Part shown: piece after piece, positions 31,340 through 41,366 of the stretch
Layout of the letters: each line of letters begins with the position of its first letter
Position numbering within the stretch: position 1 is the first letter of the stretch
NCBI GenBank assembly: GCA_003022845.1
Contig: PXSF01000041.1
Span: 1 to 46,695 of the forward strand
Source of the DNA: Halobacteriales archaeon SW_10_66_29
GTDB taxonomy: Archaea; Halobacteriota; Halobacteria; Halobacteriales; Haloarculaceae
Reading direction: 5' to 3'
Length of the DNA: 46,695 nucleotides
The notes under the pieces: model-generated
The model's database searches: none
Told to the model about the DNA's origin: nothing
What the model saw: only the letters and a program-made list of their open reading frames with translations
Translations under genes and position numbers: made by a program

Positions 31340-33658
31340 ATGGCAGGGCAGAACGACTCGTTGCTTCCAGCGACACTCCGTGGGAGTTACGCGACGCGGC
31401 TCGGCGTCGCGCTCGCGTTCGCGGTCGTCGTGATGGTCGCCTTCGGGCTCGTTATCAGCGCTGAAGCGACCGACACGCTCGAGGACGACGTCCGCGAGAG
31501 CCAGACCGGGCTGGCCGACTCCCAGGCGAGCGAACTGGACGCGTGGCTCCAGAGTACCGAACGCAGCGTCAGGGCGAGTTCCGACAGTCGGGCGCTTCGC
31601 ACCGACGACACGGACGCGATCAGCGACCACCTGGAGACCGCCGTCACGACCGACCAGGTGTCGGCGAACGTCGCGGCCGTCCACTACCTGAACACCGACT
31701 CGATGACGATCGAGGCGAGTTCGGAGCCGTCGTTCGTCGGCGTGAATCCGGCCGACCAGGGGGCGCCGTTCGCCGAGAATCCGCCGTCGTTCGACGGCCC
31801 GCACGACACCCACATCACCGAACCGTTCGAGGTCGGCATCGCCGACCATCCGATCATCGCCGTGCTCTCGCCGGTGACCGGCCAGGAGAACCGCGTGCTC
31901 GTCTACATGACCAACCTCCGCGAACGCTCGGAGGCCATCTCCGCAAAGCGCGCCGACGCGAACACGACGGTGCTCGACCGCGAGGGGGCGTTCGTCACCC
32001 ACCCCGACGGCGACCGCATCCTCCAGCAGTCCGGCTTCGACGCGGCCCTTCTCGACCGGACGATGGCCGACGAGACGCAGTTCGTCGACGACGGCGAGAC
32101 GCTGACGGCGCTGACCCGGCTCGAATCGACGGACTGGATCGTCGCAGTCTCGACCGACCGCGACGCGGCGTTCGCGCTGGCCGACCAGATCAACTCCGAC
32201 CTGCTCGGGCTGATCCTTCTGGCGGTGATCAACCTCGGGCTGGTCGGCGTGACCGTCGGCGTCAACACGATCACGTCGCTGCAGCGCGTCTCCGAGTGTG
32301 CCCACCAGATGGGCAGCGGCAACCTCGACGTGGACCTCTCGACCCCCCGCGAGGACGAGATCGGCACCCTCTACCGGTCGTTCGGGCGGATGCGCGACTC
32401 GCTGCGCGACATGATCCAGGAGTCGGAGGGGGCCCGCGAGAACGCCGAAGCGGCCCGCAAGGAGGCCGAACAGGCCCGCCAGGAGGCCGAGGCCGAAAGC
32501 AAGCGGATGCAGGCGATCAACGAGGAACTCGAACAGAAAGCCGCCGAGTACCGTACCGTGCTCGGCGACGCCGCGGCGGGCGATCTCACGAAGCGGGTCG
32601 ACCCCGACAGCACCAACGCCTCGATGCAGGAGGTCGGCGAGGAGATCAACACGACGCTGGACGCCCTGGAGGAGATCATCGCGACGACGAAGTCGTTCGC
32701 CCAGAACGTGCTCGCCGCGAGCGACCAGGCGGGCAGCAACGCCGACCGCGTCGACCGGGCGAGCCAGGAGGTCAGCGACTCGATCACGGAGATCTCGCAG
32801 GGTGCCTCCGAGCAGAGCACCCGCCTGCAGGAGGCCGCCTCCGAGATGGAGGGGCTGTCGGCGACCGCCGAGGAGGTCGCCTCCTCGGCCCAGCAGGTCG
32901 CCAGCACCTCCCAGGCCGCCGCCGAGGTCGGCGAGACCGGCCGCGAGGCCGCCCAGGAGGCGATCGAGGAGATGCGGGCGATCGACGAGGAGACCGACGA
33001 GACCGTCGAGGAGATCACCGTGCTGGCCGACGACCTCTCGGAGATCGGCAACATCGTCGACCTGATCACCGAGATCGTCGAGCAGACGAACATGCTGGCG
33101 CTGAACGCCTCGATCGAGGCCGCCCACGCCGACGCCGACGGCGACGGGTTCGCCGTGGTCGCCGACGAGATCAAGAACCTCGCCGAGGAGACGAAGGACG
33201 CCGCCGGCGACATCGAGGACCGCATCGAGCGGATCCAGGCCCAGGCCGGCGACACCGTCGACACGATGGAGGCGACGAGCGAGCGGATCACCGCCGGCAC
33301 CGAAACCGTCGAGGAGGCGATCGAGGCGCTGGAGCGCATCGTCGAGTACACCGAGGAGGTCGACGTCGGCATCCAGGAGATCGACGACGCGACCGAGGAG
33401 CAGGCCCGGACCGCTCAGAACGTGATGGAACTGATCGACGACCTCACCGAGATCAGCCGCGAGACGGCCACCGAAGCGGACAGCGTGGCCGGCGCCGCAC
33501 AGGACCAGACCGAGTCGATCGACGAGGTCGCGACCTCCGCCCGGGACCTCCGGGAGAGCGCCGCGGCGCTCGACGACCTGCTCGACCGGTTCACCGTCAG
33601 GGCGGACGCCGACGGCACGGCGACGCGGGCCGCGCCCGTCGCAGGGGGTGACGAGTGA
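31340..33658 (+). CDS. htrII: Sensory rhodopsin II transducer (MCP) with large extracellular Cache-like domain
   Basis: Two TM helices (TM2 VINLGLV like NpHtrII), HAMP REDEIG, MCP core [29 protein letters not shown]; stop overlaps opsin ATG (TGATG). Confidence 0.9.
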   Translation: MAGQNDSLLPATLRGSYATRLGVALAFAVVVMVAFGLVISAEATDTLEDDVRESQTGLADSQASELDAWLQSTERSVRASSDSRALRTDDTDAISDHLETAVTTDQVSANVAAVHYLNTDSMTIEASSEPSFVGVNPADQGAPFAENPPSFDGPHDTHITEPFEVGIADHPIIAVLSPVTGQENRVLVYMTNLRERSEAISAKRADANTTVLDREGAFVTHPDGDRILQQSGFDAALLDRTMADETQFVDDGETLTALTRLESTDWIVAVSTDRDAAFALADQINSDLLGLILLAVINLGLVGVTVGVNTITSLQRVSECAHQMGSGNLDVDLSTPREDEIGTLYRSFGRMRDSLRDMIQESEGARENAEAARKEAEQARQEAEAESKRMQAINEELEQKAAEYRTVLGDAAAGDLTKRVDPDSTNASMQEVGEEINTTLDALEEIIATTKSFAQNVLAASDQAGSNADRVDRASQEVSDSITEISQGASEQSTRLQEAASEMEGLSATAEEVASSAQQVASTSQAAAEVGETGREAAQEAIEEMRAIDEETDETVEEITVLADDLSEIGNIVDLITEIVEQTNMLALNASIEAAHADADGDGFAVVADEIKNLAEETKDAAGDIEDRIERIQAQAGDTVDTMEATSERITAGTETVEEAIEALERIVEYTEEVDVGIQEIDDATEEQARTAQNVMELIDDLTEISRETATEADSVAGAAQDQTESIDEVATSARDLRESAAALDDLLDRFTVRADADGTATRAAPVAGGDE

Positions 33659-34356
33659 TGGTGACGATCACGACGTGGTTCGCGCTGGGCGCCGCCGGGA
33701 TGGCCCTGGGGACGCTCGTGCTCGCGGTCGGCGCCAGAGCCGTCCCCGAGGAGCACCGCGCGCGGTACAGCATCCTGGTCGCAGTCCCGCTGATCGCCGT
33801 CGTGGCGTACGCATTGATGGTGCTGGGCGTCGGCAGCCTCAGGACCGAGACCGGCGCGACCCTGTACGCGTTGCGGTACGTCGACTGGCTGCTGACGACG
33901 CCGCTGCACGTGCTGTATCTCGGCCTGCTCGCCGGCGCGGCGGTGGGCGTGATCTACCGCGCGCTCGGGCTGATGGCGGCGACCATCGTGTTCGGGTTCG
34001 CCGGCGCGATGCTCGCCCCGCCGCTGAAGTGGCCCCTGTTCCTCGCCGGGGCCGCGACGTTCGCCGGCGTCGTCTACTACACCGTGCGGGACTTCGAGGC
34101 CGCCGCAGCCGAGGGCGACGCCACGATGGCTGCTGTCTTCCGGAAGCTCCGGGCGTTCCTGGTCGTGCTGTGGGTCATCTACCCAGTCATCTGGCTGGTC
34201 GCGCCGGTCGGGTTCGACCTGACGAACACGACGACAGCGACGCTGGTGACCGCCTACATCGACGTGGTCGCGAAGGTCGGCTTCGGGCTGATCGCGCTGT
34301 CGGGCCAGCTCACGAGCACTGCCGCCGCGACCGAGTCGGCGTCGCCGGCCGACTGA
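33658..34356 (+). CDS. sopII: Sensory rhodopsin II-like opsin
   Basis: RYVDWLLTTP (helix C), WVIYPVIW (helix F), YIDVVAKVGFG with retinal Lys; N-terminus resembles Haloarcula SRII; coupled to htr. Confidence 0.85.
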   Translation: MVTITTWFALGAAGMALGTLVLAVGARAVPEEHRARYSILVAVPLIAVVAYALMVLGVGSLRTETGATLYALRYVDWLLTTPLHVLYLGLLAGAAVGVIYRALGLMAATIVFGFAGAMLAPPLKWPLFLAGAATFAGVVYYTVRDFEAAAAEGDATMAAVFRKLRAFLVVLWVIYPVIWLVAPVGFDLTNTTTATLVTAYIDVVAKVGFGLIALSGQLTSTAAATESASPAD

Positions 34357-34449
34357 GCGGCGGCCGGCAGCCGGCAGCGGGGAGTCGATCACCCTCTCGG
34401 CCGGCGGCGAAACGACGGGTCTTTGCTTGTGACCCGCGTCGATCCGGAC

Positions 34450-35049
34450 ATGCGTCAGTTCATCGTGGTGGGTCACGACGCCCCGACGACGCCCGACTTC
34501 TCGCTGGATGACCTGCCCGGGGCGGGCCGGCTCGACCTGCTCGCGCGGTGTGTCACGAGTTCGCTGCTGCTCTCCCACGGCATCCGCGAGGACGTCCGGA
34601 CGCACCTGGTGCTGGGCGACGCGGTCACCGTCACCGTCGACGGGGGCACCGTCCGGCGGCTCAACCCCGACGAGCGCTCGACGGCGGCCCTCGTACAAAA
34701 CGCCCTCAAACAGCGCGAGGAGGCGGTCGGCCACATGGCTGTCGAGCCCTCGCCGGGCGTCTCGCTCACTCGGGTCGGGCTCGCAGGAACGCTCGACGCG
34801 GTGGCCGACGACGGGGCGGTCTGCCCGCTCCACGAGGAGGGTACGCCGGCGGCGGAACTCGACCCCCCGACCGATCCCGTCTTCGTGCTCTCGGATCACC
34901 GGAACTTCGCCGAGGGGGAGCTGTCGCTGCTGGACGACCACGCCGACAACCGCGTGACGCTCGGGCCCGAGCGGCTGCACGCCGACCAGGCGATCACCGT
35001 CGCGCACAACTGGCTCGACACCGAGGGGTTCAGCGACTACTCGCGGTGA
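34450..35049 (+). CDS. trmY: tRNA (pseudouridine54-N1)-methyltransferase
   Basis: MRQFIVVGH, DDLPGAGRLDLLARCV, LLSHGIRED, PDERS, LSDH, LGPERLHADQAITVAHN. Confidence 0.95.
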   Translation: MRQFIVVGHDAPTTPDFSLDDLPGAGRLDLLARCVTSSLLLSHGIREDVRTHLVLGDAVTVTVDGGTVRRLNPDERSTAALVQNALKQREEAVGHMAVEPSPGVSLTRVGLAGTLDAVADDGAVCPLHEEGTPAAELDPPTDPVFVLSDHRNFAEGELSLLDDHADNRVTLGPERLHADQAITVAHNWLDTEGFSDYSR

Positions 35050-35301
35050 GACGGACTGCCTCGCACTGCGTGAAGGCTCACGGCCCTCACTCCAGCGCCA
35101 CGAACACGGCGCTGGTTCTCCGCGGAGCTGACCGACTTCGAATCTGCTTCCCGTTTAGCCCATATTCACAATCTAAATCGCTTGCGAACATAATCGTGTT
35201 CGTTTACGAAACTCGTATGAAACTCATCGGGAGATGGAAATCGGTGATCGGAACGCGAAGCAGTCGCTCATCAACCCCCCGCGGGCGCGGGAGGGGGCCG
35301 G

Positions 35302-35583
35302 TCACTCGCCGTTCAGTTCGAAGCCGTTCTCGACGAGCGCAACGAGCCGGTCGACCGCCCGGCCGGCGTCGTCGCCCTGTGCAGTGATCTCGATCCGGTC
35401 ACCCGGTTCAACGCCGAGCGAGATGACGCCGATGCTGCTTTTTGCATCGGCGGCCTCACCCTCGGCGTTCACCACCTCGATCTCGGCCTCGAACTCCGAG
35501 GCTGTCTGCACGAAGACGGAGGCCGGCCGGGCGTGGAGTCCCTTTTCGTGCTCGACCGTGGTGACGCCGCTCGTACGCGACAT
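35302..35583 (-). CDS. ptsH: PTS phosphocarrier HPr
   Basis: GLHARPAS (His15 site), AKSSIGVISLG; 93 aa at the 3' end of the 35302-37299 ORF. Confidence 0.92.
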   Translation of the reverse strand: MSRTSGVTTVEHEKGLHARPASVFVQTASEFEAEIEVVNAEGEAADAKSSIGVISLGVEPGDRIEITAQGDDAGRAVDRLVALVENGFELNGE

Positions 35584-35689
35584 GGTACGGCGTACGCCCC
35601 GTTCGAACGACACCATCATATAGATTGTGCCTGCGGGCAGGATCCGGGGATGGCATTTATTGTTCGCCGTCATGTACCCTCGGGGGAGG

Positions 35690-37462
35690 ATGACAGCAGA
35701 AAACCAGGAGCGGGTGTTGCGTGGCATCGGCGCGACGCCGTTGTCAGGTGTCGGGACGGCGGTCCGGTACAACCCGGACGCGGACCTCTCGCTTCCGGAG
35801 CCGCCGGACCCGGAGACGGTCGAGTCCGGCGTGGAGGTCGACCGGTTCGAGGCCGCCCGCGAGGCGGTTCGCGAACGACTGCAGGCCGAGCGCGAGCGGA
35901 CCGCCGAACGCGTCGGCGGATCGGAGGCGGAGATCTTCGACGCCCACCTGCAGTTCCTGGCCGATCCCCAGATCGAGGGGCTGGTCGAGGATGCGACCGA
36001 CGGGGGGCTGCCCGCCGAGCACGCCGTCCGGGAGGCGTTCGGGGACGCGATCGACCAGCTGGAAGCCGCCGGCGGGCTGACCAGCGAGCGGGCCGACGAC
36101 CTCCGCGAGCTCCGCACGCGCCTGCTGCGCGAACTACTCGGGGCGGAGGCGACGGACCTCGCGGCGCTCCCCGAGGGGGCCGTCGTCGTCGCCGAGCGCC
36201 TCGGGCCAGGCGACACGGCGCGGCTCGACCCCGATGTAGTCGGCGGGTTCGCAACCGCGACCGGCGGGCGGACCTCCCACGCTGCGATCATGGCGCGCTC
36301 GCTGGGCGTCCCCGCCGTCGTCGGTGTCGGCGAACCGCTGCTGGACGTCGCCGACGGCGCCACGGTCGTCGTCGACGGCGACGCGGGCGAGGTAGTCGTC
36401 GACCCGTCCGCGGAGCGCGCCGAGCGCGCCCGCGAGCGCGGCCGGGACGTCGATGTGCGCCACGAGCAGGTCACGACCGTCGACGGCCGGTCGATCGAGG
36501 TGGCGGCAAACATCGGGACGCCGGCCGAGGCCGCGGGGGCCCGCGAGCAGGGTGCCGACGGCGTCGGGCTGTTCCGGACGGAGTTTTTCTTCCTCGACCG
36601 CGAGGAACCACCCACGGAGGACGAGCAGTACGAGGCGTTCGTCGAGGTGCTTCGGCCTTTCGACGGCGACCGGGTCGTGGTGCGGACGCTGGACGTCGGC
36701 GGGGACAAGCCCGTCCCGTACCTCGACGTCGCGGCGGGCGAGAACCCCTTTCTGGGCGTGCGCGGGGTTCGCCTGGCGCCGGGCGAGCGTGCGGACCTCC
36801 TCGAGACACAGCTGCGGGCGCTGCTCCGTGCCGCAGCGACGGACGCCGGCGACGGCCTGGCGGTCATGTTCCCGCTGGTCGCGACTGTCGGGGAACTCGA
36901 CGACCTCCTGGAGCGCGTCGAGGCAGTCGCCGCCGCACTCGGGGAGGAGGGCGTCCCGCACGAGGTGCCGGAGCTGGGCGTGATGGTGGAGACGCCGGCG
37001 TCGGCGTTCGTCGCGGCGGAGCTGGCCGAGCGGGTGGACTTTCTGAGCGTCGGGACCAACGACCTCACCCAGTACGTGATGGCGGCCGACCGCGGCGACG
37101 AACGGGTCGCCGGCCTGCACGACCCGCGGCACCCGGCAGTGTTGCGGGCGCTCGATCGGACGGTCCGGGCGGCACACGGGGCCGACGCCTGGGTCGGGAT
37201 GTGCGGCGAGATGGCCGGCGACCCCGACCTGACCGAACTCCTGCTCGGGTTGGGCTTCGACGAACTGAGCATGAGCGCCGTCACCGTCCCCGCGGTCAAG
37301 GAACGGGTCGTCGAAACGAACGTCGAGGCGGCCGAAGCACTCGCCGAGCGCGCGCTCGCCGCAGAAACGCGCGCAGCGGTCGAGGCGATCCTGGCCGACT
37401 ACCATGCTGGTACCGGGGGCGATGCCGGCGATGACGGCAAGAGCGGGAGTGACACTGCATGA
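35690..37462 (+). CDS. ptsI: PTS enzyme I (PEP-protein phosphotransferase)
   Basis: GGRTSHAAI phospho-His, GLFRTEF, RTLDVGGDK, ENPFLG, SVGTNDLTQY, MCGEMAG. Confidence 0.95.
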   Translation: MTAENQERVLRGIGATPLSGVGTAVRYNPDADLSLPEPPDPETVESGVEVDRFEAAREAVRERLQAERERTAERVGGSEAEIFDAHLQFLADPQIEGLVEDATDGGLPAEHAVREAFGDAIDQLEAAGGLTSERADDLRELRTRLLRELLGAEATDLAALPEGAVVVAERLGPGDTARLDPDVVGGFATATGGRTSHAAIMARSLGVPAVVGVGEPLLDVADGATVVVDGDAGEVVVDPSAERAERARERGRDVDVRHEQVTTVDGRSIEVAANIGTPAEAAGAREQGADGVGLFRTEFFFLDREEPPTEDEQYEAFVEVLRPFDGDRVVVRTLDVGGDKPVPYLDVAAGENPFLGVRGVRLAPGERADLLETQLRALLRAAATDAGDGLAVMFPLVATVGELDDLLERVEAVAAALGEEGVPHEVPELGVMVETPASAFVAAELAERVDFLSVGTNDLTQYVMAADRGDERVAGLHDPRHPAVLRALDRTVRAAHGADAWVGMCGEMAGDPDLTELLLGLGFDELSMSAVTVPAVKERVVETNVEAAEALAERALAAETRAAVEAILADYHAGTGGDAGDDGKSGSDTA

Positions 37463-37608
37463 GCGACGACCGCAGTGAGCGCACCGGAGAGCGGCCTGCG
37501 CCGCCCTGAAATTACAAAAGTACTACTGTAACGGTAACGGGGGAAACCGACAGAAGCGACGGGTGTCGAGCGCAACACGATCACGGCCATCCCGGGAGCG
37601 ACCGGCAA

Positions 37609-37717
37609 TTCACATAATGCGAACGTCTCGGCGCACAGCGCCGGGAGGACCACGAAGGAGAGCTGAGAGGCGACCCCGGCTCGTCGGGGTAGCGGTCACT
37701 GTTCACATATCACGAAC
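37609..37717. promoter_or_regulatory. Two copies of TTCACATA-N3-CGAAC operator-like motif
   Basis: 37609-37625 identical over 17 nt to 38517-38533; variant GTTCACATATCACGAAC at 37701-37717. Confidence 0.55.
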
Positions 37718-38483
37718 GATCCGCCCGGAGGGCGCGCTCGAACTCCTCGACGGCCTCCAGGAGTTCGTCGGCGATCTCGGAGTGCAGTGCGGCGAAATCG
37801 ATGCGGTACTTCGGTCCGCCGACGCTGAGGCCCCCGATGATGGTATCGTCGGCGTCGTGGACGGGGGCACCCACCACGACGAGTCCTGGGGCGGATTCCT
37901 CGTCGACGATGCCGTAGCCACGCTCGCTGATCTCCGCGAGCGAGTTGAGGAGTTGGTTGCGATCCCTGATCGTGGCCTGCGTCTCCTGGGGCATCCCCCA
38001 GCGGTCGATGACCGCCTCGACCTCCTCGCGCTCCATCTCCGCGAGGATCGCCTTCCCCGCAGCGGTGTTGTGCAGGTAGTGTTCATCCTGGACACCGACG
38101 TCGTTGTCGGCCAGGGGCGCTCCCTCCGACGCCCCGTAGACTATCAGCAGGCGGCCGTGTTCGAGGGCCGTGAAGTTCGCCTCCTCGCCCGTGGTCGCCG
38201 CTAAGTCGTCGACGACCTCTTCGGCCACCTTGACCGGGTAGCGGTGTTTCGCTCGCTGGCCCATCGACCAGAGCCTGAAGCTCGCAACATAGGTGTCGCC
38301 CTCGCGGACGACGTACCGACACCGGTGCAGCGTCGACAGGTGGCTGTGGATCGAACTTTTCGGCCCGTCGATCATGCCGTCCAGCTCCGCGAGCGCGAGC
38401 CCGTCGTACTCCAGAATCAGCTCGAGGATCCGAAGAGAGGTCCCGGTCGTTTTGAGCGTCCGGCCGCCGATTTCTTCTACCAT
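37710..38483 (-). CDS. IclR family transcriptional regulator
   Basis: HTH PKSSIHSHLSTL, HNTAAGKAILA, GGLSVGGP. Confidence 0.9.
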   Translation of the reverse strand: MVEEIGGRTLKTTGTSLRILELILEYDGLALAELDGMIDGPKSSIHSHLSTLHRCRYVVREGDTYVASFRLWSMGQRAKHRYPVKVAEEVVDDLAATTGEEANFTALEHGRLLIVYGASEGAPLADNDVGVQDEHYLHNTAAGKAILAEMEREEVEAVIDRWGMPQETQATIRDRNQLLNSLAEISERGYGIVDEESAPGLVVVGAPVHDADDTIIGGLSVGGPKYRIDFAALHSEIADELLEAVEEFERALRADRS

Positions 38484-38515
38484 GTCCGTCTCTGACGTTC
38501 TCCACCGTCTTAACG

Positions 38516-38532
38516 GTTCACATAATGCGAAC
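38516..38532. promoter_or_regulatory. Palindromic operator-like site upstream of iclR
   Basis: GTTC-ACATAATGC-GAAC, ~33 bp upstream of the iclR ATG. Confidence 0.55.
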
Positions 38533-38547
38533 GGTGGACGTCGCCGG

Positions 38548-39774
38548 TCACTCGCTCGGACCGACGCCAGCCTCGCGCATGTACTCGTCGAGTTTCGCGG
38601 CGATCGCCTCGGCGAAGGCGTCGTCGTTGATCGCCTCGTACCGTTCGATCAGTTCGACGTCGTCGTCGATGTGGTCCCGGAGCGCGTCGAACAGTGCGGC
38701 GTCGGCCTCGGGGTCGTAGAAGTCCTCGCCCTCGACCGCGATCATCGAGACGCCGTTCAGTGGCAGCGCAAGCGCCGTCGGCCCCGTGGCGGCGTTGAGC
38801 TTCCCCGCGATGATCTCGCCGATCCTGGCGGTCTCCTCGGGGGTGGTCCGCATCAGCGTCACCTGCGGATTGTGGACGTGAAACTGCCGGCCCTCGAACT
38901 CCCCGGGGACGGTGTCGCGGGGGCCGAAGTTCACCATGTCGAGCGCGCCCGTCGAGACGACCTGGGGGATGCCAGCCTCGCCCGCGGCGTCGAGCCGTTC
39001 GGGACCGGCGCTGAGGACGCCGCCGACGTGCTCGTCCGCCCACTCGGTCGTCGTCACGTCGAGGACGCCGTCGACGATCCCCTCCGCGATCAGGCTCTCC
39101 ATCGCGCGCCCGCCGGTGCCGGTCGCGTGGAACACGATCGTCTCGTACCCGCGCTCTTCGAGGGACTCGCGGGCGGTCTGGACGCAGGGAGTGGTGACGC
39201 CGAACATCGTGATGGCGATCGTCGGGCGGTCCGCGACCTCGACGCCGGGGTCGTTGGCGACCATCCCGACCATCGCCAGCGCGCCGTTGGCGATCACCTG
39301 CCGGGAAAGCTGGTTGAGTCCCTCGATATCCGCCACGGAGTACATCATCGCGAGGTCCCGCGTGCCGACGTACGGTTCCGTGTCGCCGGAGGCGACCGTC
39401 GAGACCATCAGCTTCGGGACGCCGACGGGCAGCGACCGCATCGCGGTCGTCGCGACCGAGGTGTTGCCGGACCCCCCGAGTCCGAGGATGCCGTCGAGAA
39501 CGCCCTCGTCGTGGAGCCGGGTCGCGATCTCGGCCGCACCCTCGCCCATCACCTCGATGGCCTCGCCCCGGTCGCCCGCCTCGCGGAGCGCCGCGAGCGA
39601 CGTGTTGCCGGCCTCTGCCACTTCGCTCGCGGGGGAGTCCGGTTCGAAGCCGGGCTCGTCCATGACCCCGGAGTCGACGACGTGGACGTCGACGCCCTGG
39701 GCCTCGATCACGTCCCGGGCGAACCCGATCTCTTCGGCCTTGGTGTCGAGCGTGCCGACGATGACGACTGCCAC
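38548..39774 (-). CDS. Tm-1-like ATP-binding domain protein (UPF0261)
   Basis: GTLDTKAEE, GGSGNT, LPVGVPKLMVST, TMFGVTT, FHATGTGG, DMVNFG, HNPQVTLMRT; GTG start with GGAGG SD. Confidence 0.9.
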   Translation of the reverse strand: MAVVIVGTLDTKAEEIGFARDVIEAQGVDVHVVDSGVMDEPGFEPDSPASEVAEAGNTSLAALREAGDRGEAIEVMGEGAAEIATRLHDEGVLDGILGLGGSGNTSVATTAMRSLPVGVPKLMVSTVASGDTEPYVGTRDLAMMYSVADIEGLNQLSRQVIANGALAMVGMVANDPGVEVADRPTIAITMFGVTTPCVQTARESLEERGYETIVFHATGTGGRAMESLIAEGIVDGVLDVTTTEWADEHVGGVLSAGPERLDAAGEAGIPQVVSTGALDMVNFGPRDTVPGEFEGRQFHVHNPQVTLMRTTPEETARIGEIIAGKLNAATGPTALALPLNGVSMIAVEGEDFYDPEADAALFDALRDHIDDDVELIERYEAINDDAFAEAIAAKLDEYMREAGVGPSE

Positions 39775-39778
39775 GAGT

Positions 39779-40198
39779 TTACCCCTCCGTCTGCTCTTCC
39801 GTCGGGAGTTCGCCCGCCGGAACGACCTCGCACTCGGGGAGGTCGGCCAGCACCTCCTCGGGTCCCGGCGGCGCGTACACGGCCAGCAGGACGAGCGGTT
39901 CCCAGCCCGTGTTGACCGTGCCGTGTTCGACACCCTCCGGGACGAACACCATGTCGCCGGTCCCGATCTCGCGGGTCTCGTCGGCGACCTCCTGTTCGCC
40001 CTCGCCGCGGATCACGTACAGGATCTCGTCGCTGTCCGGGTGGGTGTGGCGCTCGTGACCCTTGCCGGGCTCGAGCTTGACGACGCCGGCGCTGAACCGC
40101 TCGCCGCCGGTCACGTCGGGTGTGCTCATCCACTTCAGTACGCCCCAGTCGAACACCTGACTGTCGACGTCGTCAGGCTGGATGAAGTGCTCCGTCAT
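39779..40198 (-). CDS. Cupin-domain protein
   Basis: HTHPDSDEILYVIRG and FVPEGVEH metal-binding motifs. Confidence 0.9.
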   Translation of the reverse strand: MTEHFIQPDDVDSQVFDWGVLKWMSTPDVTGGERFSAGVVKLEPGKGHERHTHPDSDEILYVIRGEGEQEVADETREIGTGDMVFVPEGVEHGTVNTGWEPLVLLAVYAPPGPEEVLADLPECEVVPAGELPTEEQTEG

Positions 40199-40200
40199 GA

Positions 40201-41034
40201 TCAGAACCCGATCCCCTTGAACTCGCGTGCCTGGTTTTCGATCGCCTGCTCGGTCGGGAGCCGTTCGAGGCTCGACGCGCCGAAAAAGCCCACTACGCCC
40301 TCGGTGTTGTTGAGTACGTACTCGGCGTCGTCGGGCCAGGCGACCGGGCCCCCGTGACAGATGACCATGGCGTCCTCGTTGACCTCCTTGACGGCGTCGT
40401 GATGGACCTGGATGCGCTCGACGGCGTCGTCCAGGTTCATCGCCGTCTCGGCGCCGATGTCGCCGGAGGTGGTCAGGCCCATGTGCGAGACGACGACGTC
40501 CGCGCCGGCCTCGGCCATCTCGCGGGCCTCCTCCTCGGTGAAGACGTACGGGCAGGTGACCATCCCCTGCTCGCTGGCCTCCTGGATCATGTCGACCTCC
40601 TTGTCGTAGCCCATCCCCGTCTCCTCGATGTTCGCGCGGAACTTCGAGTCCACGTCGAAGATGCCCACCGTCGGGAAGTTCTGAACGCCCGAGAACCCGC
40701 GCCGCTTCAGCCTCTCGATGAACACCTCCATGTCACGGAACGGGTCGGTGCCGTTGACCCCCGCGAGCACCGGCGTGTCCTCGACGACGGGCAGGACCTG
40801 GTGGCCCATATCGAGGACGATCTGGTTGGCGTCGCCGTACGGCAAGAGCCCGGCCAGCGACCCCCTGCCGTTCATCCGGTAGCGCCCGGAGTTGTAGATG
40901 ATGAGCAGGTCGACGCCCCCGCGTTCGGCGAACTTCGCGGACATCCCGGTCCCCGCCCCCGCGCCGATGATCGGTTCACCTCGTTCGACTGTCGATTCGA
41001 GCCGGTCGAGTACCTCGCTACGGCTGTATTTCAT
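40201..41034 (-). CDS. Phosphoenolpyruvate-hydrolase-like TIM-barrel protein (Tm-1 C-terminal domain family)
   Basis: GAGTGMSAK, YNSGRYRM.GRGSLAGLLPYGDAN, GVQNFPTVG, HMGLT, HGGP, GFFGASSLERLP. Confidence 0.9.
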   Translation of the reverse strand: MKYSRSEVLDRLESTVERGEPIIGAGAGTGMSAKFAERGGVDLLIIYNSGRYRMNGRGSLAGLLPYGDANQIVLDMGHQVLPVVEDTPVLAGVNGTDPFRDMEVFIERLKRRGFSGVQNFPTVGIFDVDSKFRANIEETGMGYDKEVDMIQEASEQGMVTCPYVFTEEEAREMAEAGADVVVSHMGLTTSGDIGAETAMNLDDAVERIQVHHDAVKEVNEDAMVICHGGPVAWPDDAEYVLNNTEGVVGFFGASSLERLPTEQAIENQAREFKGIGF

Positions 41035-41366
41035 GCGACAGGCTGTACTTCTGCAGTATCGCTATTCAATATTTTTATCAACTGACTTGTATATTCGTTG
41101 CACTCGTACTTCCTGGACGCCAACCAGGAACCCAACATGCCCGACCAGATGCCGATCTCGGCCTCCGACGTGACCGAGAAATCCATGGGCAACGAGCCGC
41201 GGCCGATGGAAGGTCATCCAGGATGTCGGCGGCCACTGCTCGTTTCGAGTGTTCCACCCGGGAAAGATTCCCTCCTGTGGTTCCTCGAGTTCACGATTGT
41301 GGTATGGCCGGGCAGCCCGCTCGACCGCCGAAAGGACTAACATCCTCATCGACATACACCGGAACG

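Noticed and set aside
33658-34356. Opsin as a proton pump (bacteriorhodopsin)
   Set aside because: Tyr at the D96 donor position and translational coupling to an Htr transducer indicate a sensory type
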